From Octopus vulgaris (lineage: Eukaryota), in assembly GCA_951406725.2 (NCBI GenBank), contig OX597830.1:73904001-73968000 (forward strand): a DNA stretch of 64,000 nucleotides, given 5' to 3'. Numbering within the stretch: position 1 is the stretch's first letter; each line of letters starts with the position of its first letter. The notes beneath the pieces are model-generated. The model was given only the letters and a program-made list of their open reading frames with translations, was not told where the DNA came from and did no database searches. The position numbers and the translations under genes were made by a program. This document shows, in pieces, positions 1-13,756 of this stretch.

Positions 1-142
1 CTAATTTTCTTGTCTCTTTGTAATATTTTTGTCGCAATCCGACAAGCAGGTGTTTCTTTCGGAAGCGACATGTTATTCTGTTGAGAGAAGACAGCAAACT
101 ACGAAAATGCACGAATGATATACACAGGACTAAGGGACATAG

Positions 143-670
<528 letters not shown>

Positions 671-967
671 TTAGGGAGAGAATGAGAGAAAAAAAGAGAG
701 GGAAAGAGAGAGGGAGGTGATTAAGTGTTCATTTGTGTGAGTGTAGTGTGTGCACGTGTATTTGAATGTGTATTAATAAACATATGATACATTGTTTTTT
801 TTTCCCTCCTTAAGAGAATCACAGTGTCCCATTTATTCGGTGCTTATCTCTCGCTTCCGTTGGACAATGAATTTGAACGAGGGATAAATATTGATGAAGC
901 AAGTCTTGCGTCGACACGAAACTCGCTTCGCAATAACATAGTCTTGGTTTCAGCGAGCTCGTAGGAA

Positions 968-1373
968 AGGCGGCGAGGTGGCAGAAACGTTAGCACGCCA
1001 GGCGAAATGCTTAGCGGCATTTCGTCTGCCGCTACGTTCTGAGTTCAAATTCCACCGAGGTCGAATTTGCCTTTCAGCTTTTCGGGGTCGATTAAATAAG
1101 TACCAGTTACGTACTGGAGTCGATATAATCGACTGAATCCGTTTGTCTGTCTTTGTTTGTCCTCTCTGTGTTTAGCACCCTTGTGGGTAGTAAAGAAATA
1201 GGTATTTCGTCTGCCACTACGCTCTGAGTTCAAATTCCGCCGAGGTCGACTTTGCTTTTCAGCCTTTCAGGGTCGACTAAATAAGTACCAGTTAAGCACT
1301 GGGGGGCGATGTAATCGACTCAATCTCTTGTTTGTTCCCTCCGTGTTTAGCCTCCTCTGGGCAATAAAGAAAT
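968..1373 (+). mobile_element. SINE family D (head AAGGCGGCGAG-TGGCAGAA...GTTCAAATTCC), body tandemly duplicated
   Basis: B-box-like GAGTTCAAATTCC and central CTTTCA...GGGGTCGA...AAGTACCAG, resembling the Meta/MESC SINE domain. The body is repeated at ~1019-1203 and ~1204-1373. Many other copies are in the window. Confidence 0.85.
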
Positions 1374-1420
1374 GATCATCCTGTCTTAATTATTCAGGTA
1401 TTATATATATAGGACTACAT

Positions 1421-1508
1421 TTCTATGTTTAAGAGATGAGGAATTATGTACATTATTTACAATTGACGGATATTTGTCGTCTTCTTGTTTGTTGTTAGCA
1501 CAATGTTT
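1421..1508 (-). mobile_element. 3' fragment of the HHR-bearing SINE (same family as 1882-2208)
   Basis: Shares TTAAGAGATGAGGAATTATGTACATTATTTACA with 1906-1938; the fragment begins at AAACATT-GTGCT on the minus strand. Confidence 0.8.
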
Positions 1509-1523
1509 GTTGTTAGCACAATG

Positions 1524-1777
1524 ACTCGCGGATTCGAATCTTAGACCGGGAGATGTGTGTGTTTATGAGCGAAACACCCAAGCTCCACGCGGCTACGGCA
1601 GAAGGTAATGTCAAACTTCTGCTGACTCTTTCGCCACAACTTTCTCTTACTCTTTCCTCCTGCATCTTGCAGCTCACCTGCGACGTCCCGTCCAGGTGGG
1701 GAACCTATACGCCAAGGAAACCGGGAAACCGGCCCTTATGAGCCAGGCATGGTTTGAGAAGGAACAAACAAACAAAC
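1524..1777 (+). mobile_element. tRNA-derived SINE (family B-type head, (CAAA)n tail), 5'-truncated
   Basis: GACTCGCGG-ATTCGAATC...AGACCGGG...GAGCGAAACACC matches the head of 39063-39446; the tail matches 19660-19760. Confidence 0.75.
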
Positions 1778-1881
1778 TTTGGCATAAGCTCACATAAATT
1801 TGCTATTAAAGAAGACACTTGCTCAAGGTGTCACACTGTTGGATTGAACCCGAAACTATTTGGTTGCAATGCGTGCTTCTT

Positions 1882-2068
1882 TTTTAAAGAAACACAGATC
1901 TATATTTAAGAGATGAGGAATTATGTACATTATTTACATTCGACAGATATTTGTCCTCATCGTTTCGGCTGATATACCCTCCAGCTTTCTTCAGGTGCCT
2001 TAGGGAAATTTCGAATCTGGGTTCTCATTCCTAAGGTATTTTTCGATGCTCTAATAATAATAATAATA

Positions 2069-2104
<36 letters not shown>

Positions 2105-2208
2105 GTTGTTGTTGTTGTTGTTTTTGTTGTTTTTGTTGTTGGAATCGAACTCGGAATCTTGGGGTTAGGAATCCGCGCTCTTAACCACTACGTCATATGC
2201 CCGTGGGC
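1882..2208 (-). mobile_element. tRNA-headed SINE carrying a hammerhead-like motif, nested in a family A SINE
   Basis: 16-bp TSD GCAATGCGTGCTTCTT at 1866-1881 and 2209-2224. The minus-strand head has an A box (TAGTGG) and B box (GAGTTCGATTCC), followed by an (AAC)n/(AAT)n spacer and CTGAAGA...GAAAC at 1994-1962. Confidence 0.88.
1962..1999 (-). ncRNA. Hammerhead ribozyme-like motif (cleavage site deleted in this copy)
   Basis: GGCAC-CTGAAGA-AA-GCTG-gagggtatat-CAGC-C-GAAAC. Confidence 0.65.
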
Positions 2209-2645
2209 GCAATGCGTGCTTCTTAACCGCTCAGCCGTGCTAGCGCCTATATTCAAAGTTTCGAAATTAAACTTTAAAATATTACATTTATAATATTTTA
2301 AGTTTTGGGTTCAAGTTTCGTTGTAAGTCATCCTCGACTCTCGGATCCTTTAGGACTAGAATATTCTGCACCCGGGTCGATTCTGTCGAACTATACACAA
2401 GACCCAGCCGCCACCAACATCTTTGTTCCTTTGCCCTGTACACATTTACGCGAGCTTATGCCAAAGTAAGAAATCATTATTTCAGGCAACAAGAGAAACA
2501 GCAAGAACAACAAAAAAGAAAACAAAGAAAGAAAAGAGACAACAACAGCAACAACAACAACAAAACTAGCAACAAGCTACAAATCATTATCCGGTCCCAC
2601 GGCCGCCACTTATCGTTATTACCATCAGCGCCCTTGAGTATCCAC

Positions 2646-2677
<32 letters not shown>

Positions 2678-3371
2678 CAACAAAAACAGCAATACAGCAA
2701 CAACAGTAACAATAGCAATAACAACAAGAAGAGTACACTAATAAATCTAATGCCACTGTTTTGCTGACATCGTTTTTTAGACTGTCCTCTAATGCCGTTA
2801 TCCAGTGAGAAGAAACAGGCTATATATATGTGTGTGTGTATTTATACAGAGTGAGGTGGGGGGAAATTGAGGGAGCCCTTTTCTATCCTATCCCCCAGCT
2901 GCCACTAAGCTGTTTTCATCTTTTCGTGTTGCAAACCAAACTGAACAATCATATTTTTGACCCGTGAACATAATTCATATTATTGCTTGGAGCAGACGAC
3001 ATTTAAGGAAGAGCTACACACACACAAAAAAAAATCAGACGATAGGAAATAAATACATAAATAAATAAATTTTTTTTTTCAAAACAAATTTACAATAAAT
3101 GATAAACAACAACGAAGACAATAACAACAACAACAACAGCAACAAAGTACCCCACCAAAAAAACAAAAAACTTAAACAGAAAGGAAAAGAAAAGTTAATG
3201 GTAGAATGTATCAGATAATAAGAGTTTCAATAAAGTCAGCTTAAAATATTCTTTCACGTCACGAAAAAATTTATTTCTTATTCTTTCTCTATTTTTTCTC
3301 CATCTTCTGTTCCTCGCTTTATATATATATATATATATTTTTTATTTTGCTTTCTCCTCATCTTCTTTTCT

Positions 3372-3428
<57 letters not shown>

Positions 3429-3670
3429 CAACACCACCAACACCACCAACACTACTACTACTACTACAAGCATCGTGATCACATACAGCTAGAGCGACGA
3501 CCATCCCGTGTTTTCTTGGACTAAATAATATAGCATGTCCATTTTTCATTACAAAGCTTGATATCCTAAGAGATATATGTGTGTGTGTATGTGTGTGTAT
3601 GTGTGTATGTGTGTAAGTGTGTGTGTGTGCGTGTGTGCGAGACAGAGAGAAAAAAGAGATGAGAAAGAAA

Positions 3671-3800
3671 TAAACGATTATCTTATGAACTGCATTAGCT
3701 TACAGCTATTTCTGATATAAGATACACAAGACTCCACTGCAGCTGATAGCAGAAACAACTGTAACCCAATGAAATGAAGTCCATAAGATAAGGTTTTATT
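3671..3800. repeat. Imperfect inverted repeat with HHR 3' half-sites (GAAACAGCTGTA-like) on both arms
   Basis: TTATCTTATGAACT...TTACAGCTATTTCTG versus CAGAAACAACTGTAA...AGTCCATAAGATAA. Confidence 0.6.
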
Positions 3801-3929
3801 CTTTTGTCATCTTTTTTTCTTATTACCGTTCTGTATTCGACTAATTCTTCGTTCAGAAACTTGTGTATATTGAGTTCTACACCAGATTATTAATGGTGCA
3901 ATGCCTAAGCGAAATATAGAAGCAGCAGC

Positions 3930-4003
<74 letters not shown>

Positions 4004-4130
4004 GGTGGTGTTGGTGTTGGTGGTGGTGGTAGTAGTAGTAGTAGCAGCAGCAGCACTAGCAGCAGCAGCACTAGCAGCAGCAGCACTAGCAGCAGCAGCA
4101 CTAGCAGCATCAGCATCAGTTGTAGTGGTG

Positions 4131-4187
<57 letters not shown>

Positions 4188-5411
4188 AATGATGGCGTAC
4201 ATTCTCATCTTCGGTACATGTGTCTTTAGCTTAGGCTGGCGCACTCTATTGTAAGAGAAGCAAGATTCTTGGAATATTTTACACTCACTTGGTGTTAGCG
4301 ACAACACCATACGCAAATTGCACGGATGGTTGATGGTCCAATGAAATTGGTGCATGAATTATCCAATGAAACGTGTGTGTGTGTGTATGCATATATATGC
4401 ATATATATGTGTATGCATATGTATATGTATACATGTATACATATATATAATATATATATATAATATACATGCATATATATATATATGTATATATATATAT
4501 ATGTATGTATATATGTATGTATAGGATATCAAGTAAGTCAGGAGATATGAGATGAATATATTTATTTTTCACAAGTTGATATCCATAAGGTGACGGCCGT
4601 TTGGCAGCCAACACCGTGCAAAAGTAAATTTTGGTGTATGATAAATTATTTTACAAGTCTGCTTTAGTGTGTATGTTAAAAATTGTTTATTACAACTGTA
4701 CATTTTACAAATGATTGCATATATCGGAGGCTAACTCTTCATATCAACAGAATATCATGGTTGTATAAACTTTATACATATACAAAGAAGTTACCTTCAA
4801 ATTTTTAATGTATGGAAGACAGAAAAATGCATATATATACATATATGAATTTGTGTGTGTGTGTGTTTGCGTGTGAGGTCGTATGAGTTAGTCGTTAGGG
4901 TTTTGCACTCGCAATCCAGCGATCGTAATTTCAGTTCTTACACAGAGTGATGCGTTGTTGTCTTGACCAAAACATTTTATCTCACGTCGCTCTGCAACCC
5001 TTTCCGTCCCTGCCGCGTAGTACACGATGCACTTGGTCCATCAACGTCGATTTGATGGACAGAATGAGCTAATGTGCCGCACCTGCATTTAATCACTATA
5101 AAGAAATCATTTGTGCAGGTCGTTCGGTAAAAGCTGAACGCTCGTATGTCGTCTTCGAAGGGAGAGTCCTTCATGTGCGTGCGTGTGTGTGTGTGTGTGT
5201 GTTGTGAAGGTATGTGTGTTTGTATGCATGTATGTATGTATGTATGTATGTATGTATGTATGTATTTCTTGGTGGCTACTTTTCCTGTCTCTGCAACACT
5301 CAGCATGATAGGAATCTGGAATGTGGAAGCAGAGTTAGTACTGATAGAGGCTGACGAAGAACAGCATATTATAAAGAGAACTTGATTAGATTAAATTAGA
5401 TTAGATTAGAT

Positions 5412-5502
<91 letters not shown>

Positions 5503-6176
5503 AGCTGTGGATTTGCAGAATCGTTATAGTACCACGCATACAAAACCCTTGGGGTATATATTTCCGGCCTATATGTTCCCAATTTAAATCCCGTCGAAGT
5601 CTACTTCATGGTTCATCTTTCTGGGGTCTATCAAAAAACGTTCTAGTGAAGTATGTGTTCGATTGCATCGAGTGATACTGGCGTCCTTGTCATTTCTTCA
5701 AGCAACAGAATGCGTTACAAAATCTCGAAGAATTCTTTTTTAGTATCGCTTATTCTTTAAGGGTGGGCGAGTGAAGCTATAAAACCTAACATCAACTGTG
5801 TTTTTGAAACGCTTGGTATTATTAACACTGTATTATCAACATGGTAGAACAACAATACCACACACATTTTGTAATTTATGTGATGTGTAGTGCGCCCGTC
5901 ATCGCACCCGACGCCAGTCGACAGGAGGAAGAAATATGTATGTACGCGTGTGTGAGCGTAGATTGTATGCGTTTTGTTGTGAGCGTGGGTTTGAATAAAC
6001 AACACTAGATATTTATAGAACGTTTCATTTATCATTGTACGGAGTTATGTCGGTGCATGTTGTGCTTTTGTATCTTTCTACGTTTGGATGCCTTTTTTTA
6101 GTAAATATTTGTGAATATATTCATGAATGTATCTGCGCACCTACATGTGTTTGTGTGTGCGCGTGTGTGTGTGTGT

Positions 6177-6269
<93 letters not shown>

Positions 6270-6399
6270 TGTGTGTGTACGTGTGTGTGTGGATATGTAT
6301 CCGTCTACAGAATAAAACTGTCTGAGCTATATATACTATTTAACTGCTCGGAAAAAATTATGAAAAACTCGGAGGAACGCAATACTCTACAAATGAGCG

Positions 6400-6440
<41 letters not shown>

Positions 6441-7721
6441 ACACACACGCAAACACACGTGCGCGCGCACACACATATAGCGTTGTAAGAGTTATGGAAT
6501 ATTTTGAAAGTAAATTTTATTTCCATTAAAGTAGCATGCAGATTTATAAATTAGCGCTTTATAACAAGCTCTAGTGAATATGATTGTTTTAGACATGTGA
6601 CTGTTCAGTTTGGGATTTGAACATTATCTTACTTACATCTTTTGGTGGATGCATTGTTTTATATGGATGTTTTAGTCATGTGATACATCATACGTTATTG
6701 AGTCACGGGTTGTATTTCTTAATAAACATATGTTGTGTATGCATCCATAAGGATTTCAGCTATCTTATTTTTTAATTTATTCAAGTTTCATCAAAAGATT
6801 GTTACTATAAGAAGACCTCGTATTTCGGGCACTTATTTGCTGCACCTAAACCGAAATGTTTTTCTTATTAGTATTTGTCTAGTGATGAGATTCCTTATTT
6901 GTTGACGTACACATTTACTTTCTCAGTTTTAGTATCGTTTGTGCGATGTAATCTTTATTACACTGATTCCATTCAAGAAAATGAATTAAATTTCTTGATC
7001 CGCATATGAAAGGATTTCTTACGATAAACATCTGTTCTGAAATAAACTGAGGCGTTGTCTCTCAGCAAGGTGTATGTAGATACCATAGTTTGAAAGAGGA
7101 CATATTTTGACTGTTTAATTATTATTTTTTGAAGGTGGGGATGCTGGTAAGTATTTTGTAAAGGACTTCAGTTGTCTTATTTTTTAATTTATTTTTGAAT
7201 AATGTTTCCAGAATCTACTTTCATTGTTGGATCTTTCTTCAATAATGCACTCTTCGGACAAATGGTTTGAAAAACATCTGCATTTACTGAGTTGTGCTGA
7301 TATACTAGATGGAATTTTAAGCGTAGCGGGGAGTCTTTTATCCTTCCTCCTTGATGGCTTTGGAGGTGAAAACAAAGCCATAAACACTTCAGGTGAACAC
7401 TGGTAGAACCGACACTTGTTCTACAAGGTTTTGCAGCCGAAACCACTTCGTACTTTTAGGGATACACCGAACTATGCCTTCCAATATGTTATTTCCGTAT
7501 ACAAGATTATAGGGTGTATGAGGAATATTTTGGCGCTTTTTCTAGTATGTAGATTGACTTGGAAGGAACTGATGTCTTCAATAGGATGTTGCTTTCGTTG
7601 ATTGCATCTATGTCAAGAACGCATCACCTTGTATTAATGATAAGCGTCTATGTTCCTTTAGCCGTCACCACCAGCCGGAATATCGACCAAAGTACATTGT
7701 TATATTTATGCTCATATGATT

Positions 7722-7848
7722 AGGGTACACCAGGCACATGCATCACAACCATATGTGCGCGACATAGTGATCTCATATCAAGATATACAGCGCATGACCT
7801 CGCAGGTGGGGCCCAGTTAGAATTTTCTTCTGGTCGAGTAGCCCCTCC
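7722..7848 (-). mobile_element. Fragment of the ~460-bp (TAA)n-associated repeat
   Basis: Homologous to 22414-22540 and 30275-30395. Confidence 0.8.
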
Positions 7849-7890
7849 TGTTAATCTCCCGGGTATCTTTATACTCATGTATACTGAGAC

Positions 7891-8201
7891 CCTCTTCGGT
7901 TGTGACTACAAAGTTACCCTCCCAGGCACAAGTCCGGGCAAGGTTGTTTATGGAAGACCAGCAGTCGCCCATGCATACCGGCCTCCCCTCTCCACGCCAC
8001 CAGTGTTATCCAAGGAAAGGCAAAGGCCGATACAGCTTGGCACCTGTGACGTCGCAACTCATTTCTACAGTTGAGTGAACTAGAGCAAGGTGAAATAAAG
8101 TGTCTTGCTCAAGAACACAACACGCAGCCCGGTCCGGGATTCGAACTCACAACTTAACGATCGCTAGCTCGACGCTCTAACCACTGAGCCATGTGCCTTC
8201 A
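7891..8201 (-). mobile_element. tRNA-derived SINE, family C (CORE/Nin-like central domain)
   Basis: Minus strand: A box TGGCTCAGTGG, B box GTTCGAATCCC, TTGAGCAAGACACTT, GTTCACTCAACTG. Confidence 0.85.
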
Positions 8202-8357
8202 CCAATGGTTAAGATAATTATTATTGTTCCTTTGGTCCTGTTTTCTTCTTCTTCTTCTTCTTCTTCTTCTTCTTCTTCTTCTTCTTCTTCTTCTTCTTCT
8301 TCTTCTTCTACTGCGGCTGCTGCTGCTGCTACTACTACTACTACTACTACTACTACA

Positions 8358-8435
<78 letters not shown>

Positions 8436-9716
8436 TTAGCCAATGCAAGGTTTGCCTGAAGAGTAATATAAACGAAGGAGGTTCCAACAGTAAGTAACTG
8501 GAGATTTGGTTGCTATTTCTAGTAGATCGAAGAACCCGGGAGACGCTCCTTCCTTTGATGTAGTTCTGCTATTCTTGCTATAACGGCACTGTATTGTTGC
8601 TTGTGTTGTAATTGTTTTCTTTGTAGTTATTGTTTAAATATATCCACCAACAGATGCATACATACGTAGGAGTGAGAAGAGCGTAGTGTAGGTTAAATAA
8701 AACATTGATAGTGTAGGTAAAATTCTTTGGAAACTAATACAATTAAAATTTGAAAAAGGAAGTGAAGACAGTAGCATAGAAGACAATGCAACAATTTACA
8801 TTTTATATAACATTATACTTAGATATTTCTGGGATAAGATCCTTTGATCAAAAGAAAATAGTGTTCGGTGTCAATCTGATGTTATTAGCTCGACACTATT
8901 CTCCATTTTCTTTTTATAAATGAGTTTTAATCTTGAGGTATCAGCGACAGAGATATCATAAAAGAGTACCAGTAAAACGTATCAAAAAATAACAGAACTA
9001 GCTAGCTAATACCCTGTGTGAGTAAGCTTGATCACTTTATTAACCAATTTAGAAAGAATGGGAGCCATATTTGGCCAGTGTGATGATAGGGTTAAGTGGT
9101 CTTCAAACAAAAACCAGAACTCCAGAGGGGAAAACAAAACAAACATTATTATTATAACAGCATATGCTGTCAACAGTACCCCACAGTTATAATATACACA
9201 GACACACACACACACACATTCACATACATGTATGTGTTCACGTTAAATATATATATTTACGTCTGCTATATGTTACATAACAATGTATAGATGTGTTATA
9301 TTATCTTGTTTTAATATTAAATTAAGTCTGCTTTTGATGAACATGATATAAGAGACTTGCAAATCAGATTAACTATTTGTGTAACTAGAGGAAAAACAAA
9401 CATGATAATTTTTTTAATAATATTAATAATAATTCGTGTGGTAGGTATTACTATAATATTCTCTGTTTTTTTTTTTAAATATTTTTTTCCATGTGTTTTT
9501 GTTACTTTTTTTATATGTATTTTATTCCTGTTGTTTCCGTAATGTAACGCCAGCGTATCCCCATATCACACAACGAAATGAATTTACTATTTATGAAAAC
9601 AAATCAATATGAAATAAAACATCAAAGGAAATTACCAGAGATTATATATACGTATATGTATATATACATCCTCGCGCGCGCGCAAAAACACACATGCATA
9701 TATATATATATATATG

Positions 9717-9824
<108 letters not shown>

Positions 9825-9887
9825 GCACGTCATACATATATATATATATATATATATGTATATAAATGTGTGTGTATGTATGGGTGA

Positions 9888-9921
<34 letters not shown>

Positions 9922-10200
9922 TCTCAGACACGCGCGCGCGCAACACAGATATAAATACAACATTATGAGGTGCTGCGTAGTGGTTTCGGATTCAGGGCCA
10001 CGTGGTTGCGCAATGAACATTTTGAACACCGCCATGCTGAAACGTAAGGGATCGGATAGGATATAGTCTTTGAGTAATTTTGAGCCAACCTAACAGAACT
10101 ATGTATTTGCCTTAAGTTATTCCGTCTGCAGTCTTTACATTGAATATGGACTGAATACAACACGAACTTTCAAATGCGTGATATAAATGAAATGAAAAGC

Positions 10201-10433
10201 TTACTCTTACTCTTTTTTTTACTCTTTTACTTGTTTCAGTCATTTGACTGCGGCCATGCTGGAGCACCGCCTTTTAGTCGAGCAAATCGATCCCAGGACT
10301 TATTCTTTGTAAGCCTAGTACTTATTCTGTCGGGCTCCTTTGCCGAAACGCTAAGTTACGGGGGCGTAAACACACCAGCATCGGTTGTCAAGCGATGTTG
10401 GGGGGGACAAACACACAAACACAAACACACATG

Positions 10434-10473
<40 letters not shown>

Positions 10474-10693
10474 TATTAGAGACAAAACCACTATTTTGCA
10501 AAACAAACAAAGAAAGACTTAATCAATATATAAAATTTTAATAAATAGTATTGATTAAGTCTTTCTTTGTTTGTTTTGCAAAATAGTGGTTTTGTCTCTA
10601 ATAATATTTTATAATATTTTACTATAAAATTGGATTTAATCCTAAATCTGATTTTTTCCTGTAAATTTGGATTTATTCCCTAATATTTATTAT

Positions 10694-10765
<72 letters not shown>

Positions 10766-10866
10766 GTACGACGGGTTTCTTTCAGTAGAAGACACTTGCC
10801 CAAGGTGCCACGCAGTGGGACTGAACCCGGAACCATGTGGTTCGTAAGCAAGCTATTTACCACACA
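10201..10866 (-). mobile_element. SINE family A, interrupted in its internal (TA)n by a hairpin element
   Basis: Tail (TTACTCT)n at 10201, body to ~10430, head at 10768-10866; homologous to 12311-12734. Confidence 0.88.
10464..10695. mobile_element. AT-rich element with a perfect ~65-bp inverted repeat, inserted in (TA)n; Penelope-like stub (inferred)
   Basis: Arms 10464-10528 and 10549-10613 with a 20-bp spacer. The downstream part resembles the reverse complement of 48620-48700, and a 17-bp piece recurs at ~33056-33072. Confidence 0.7.
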
Positions 10867-11066
10867 ACTTACCATGAATATCACACCAAACTACCACCAA
10901 TACCATGTGGACCATGATTACCGTCTTCACCATCGCCACCTCCACCACTACTACCATCAGTCACAAGCACTGCCACTACTACCACACATAACACCATTAA
11001 CACCAACAACACAGTCACCACCAGCAGCAGCAGCAGCATCACCGACACCACCACCACCACAACCAG

Positions 11067-11110
<44 letters not shown>

Positions 11111-12060
11111 GTATTACTACTACTACTACTACTACTACTGACATCACCACCGCCAATACCAGCACCACCACTAATATATCTACTACCTTTCACAACTACT
11201 ACTACAGCCATCGATAACATTATTACCTTCACCATCTCCTTACTGCTACTATTACCACTACCATAATAATAATCACCAGACACCTAGGTTCCCCACGACC
11301 ACCACCACTGAGATCCTCCAATCTTCCCCATACAACAGCAAGAATATAAAATACTTCATGGAATTTTGTCTGACGCTCTGACGATTCTGCCTGTAACACC
11401 ATTTTAGACAATATAACATAGTATTAATGACAATATACTTACAAATATCACCATACTACATAACCAAGACAGCCAGAAGACCAACAAAGACTACACAACC
11501 AACAACAACAATAATGGCGAAATAAATACACTGAAAACCAACACATACTAAACTAGTTAATATAGCTACTACAGTTACCCACCAATATTGTTCATATCAT
11601 TGTCTCATTGTACATTAGTTATCTCTTGTTACAACTAAAATTCCTAACGAATATCCTAGCTAGACATAAGTTCACTTCTCGTTAATCATTCTCTTACATA
11701 CATCTCATGTGTTAATTTCTTTGGTTTATTTTTTAAAACATAGATTTGTTTTTAGCATTACGTTATTTTAGCAATTTTTTTCCTTGTTCCTTCGTTTGCT
11801 TTTTCTATCAATTCTCTCGTTCTTATTCGTAGCCGTTCATGTTATCGTTATTGAAACTGTTTCCGTCGTCGTCGTTGTTGTCGTTGTTTTGTAAGAATGC
11901 TGTTACTATTACGGTGTTATTTTACAGTTCTTATGTCCCTGTCTTGGTTTATTTTTCTTGTATTTCTTCTTGTTATAAAAGTAGTAGTAATAGTTCTTGT
12001 TGTTTTTGTAATAGTAGAAGCAGTACTAGAAATATTTGTAGTAGTAGTGGTAATTTTGGT

Positions 12061-12218
12061 TTCAAATTTTGGCACAAGGCCAGCAATTTTGGGTGAGGGA
12101 GTAACTCCATTACATCGAGCCCAGTGCTCAGCTGCTACTTATTTTATCGACTCCGACGGACAAAATGCCGTTGAGCATTTTGCCCAGCGTACAAACGATT
12201 CTGCCAGTCCGCCGCCAT
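12061..12218 (-). mobile_element. SINE family D, degenerate
   Basis: GGCACAAGGCCAGCAATTTT...GATTCTGCCAGTCCGCCGCC matches the family D termini. Confidence 0.7.
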
Positions 12219-12310
12219 ATCTAGTAGTAGAAGTATTAGTTGTTGTTGTTGTTGTTGTTTTTTACCTTTTAGTATATTTATTCATGTTTTGTTATTTAAA
12301 CACAAATATA

Positions 12311-12734
12311 GGCGCAGGAGTGGCTGTGTGGTAAGTAGCTTGCTTACCAGCCACATGGTTCCGGGTTCAGTCCCACTGCGTGGCATCTTGGGCAGGTGTC
12401 TTCTGCTATGCTCTTGGGCCGACCAATGCCTTGTGAGTGGATTTGGTAGACGGAAACTGAAAGAAGCCTGTCGTATATATGTATATATATATATATATGT
12501 ATTTGTGTGTATATGTTTGTGTGTCTGTGTTTGTTCCCCTAGCATTGCTTGACAACCGATGCTGGTGTGTTTACGTCCCCGTCACTTAGCGGTTCGGCAA
12601 AAGAGACCGATAGAATAAGTACTGGGCTTACAAAGAATAAGTCCCGGGATCGATTTGCTCGACTAAAGGCGGTGCTCCAGCATGGCCGCAGTCAAATGAC
12701 TGAAACAAGTAAAATAGTAAAGAGTAAAAGAGTA
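12311..12734 (+). mobile_element. SINE family A, full length (tRNA-like head, TTGGGCAAGT CORE-like motif, internal (TA)n/(TG)n, (AAAGAGT)n tail)
   Basis: Near-identical to 52163-52565, 62272-62704 and 48781-49195. Confidence 0.93.
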
Positions 12735-13756
12735 TATCCCATGTTTATATTTGTAACAGTTGTTATAGATGTTGATAGCAATACAGGATATAATGATGGC
12801 CGTGGTGATGCCCATGGTGAGAACGCTGGTGGTGATACTGTTAATGCTGGTGGTGGTGTTTTGATGGTTATAATTATATAGACATAGAGCAAAGTAGTTA
12901 GTTATCAGACGACATTCCTTCATAATCTGAGTTCAAATCTCGCCGAAGTTAACTTTCGTCCATCTGAAGTCGATAAATTAATCAGAAAAGCACTAACATC
13001 AGTGGCATCGACGAACACCATTCCCTTAAAATTGTTAAATTTATGCTCAATTTGAAACCTTTCACGCTCTTATTTAGAGTTAAAAATATGAGTGAGATTT
13101 AGCTGTTATTTCCAACAGGTCGAATGACTACATAGAGATCCTCAATTTTCTTCGTGATTATTGTTACTAATGCTTAGTCCCCAGGTCAGCTCTCATCGAA
13201 CAGACTAAAAATAAAAAAAGGATTCCATATTTCACACCCTGTCTTTAAGTCTATTAAATAGAGGCTTCGTCCATTATTCTTGTTCAAGACAGTAGAATAG
13301 TTATGGACAAGCGGACCGCATACAACACAGGGGAATTTCTGAATGCTTCGCTTGGCAACAAATTACTTTGAAAATTCTTAGTGATGTAGCCCTATATATA
13401 ATGAGCCATGTCTCTTGCGGCCCACTTTTCAAAAAAAGCTGGGCGTTCATACAAATAAAGTGGGATTTGAAAGAGTTTGGTTGCTATTTCTATCAGGTCA
13501 AACGAACATCAAGAGATATCCATGTTGGCTTCCGAATATCGTTGTCAATGTTGATAATTAGCCCTAAACCAGCTCTCACTGGGTAGACATTTTAAGAAAG
13601 GCGTTCCAGCCGTGATCGTCCGCATATTTTAGTACAAATACACCGGCCAATATGTTCATCTTTTCCATAGAAGTAGCTTATTTTCTTAAGGAGGTTATGC
13701 TGTCATTTCTATCAGTTTCAGTGAAAATATAAAGGCTCTTTAGGGGTCATGGATAT

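Noticed and set aside
6560-7640. Non-repetitive 1.1-kb stretch with short minus-strand ORFs, possibly a decayed retroelement or exon
   Set aside because: Multiple stops and no motif I can recognise; needs BLASTX.
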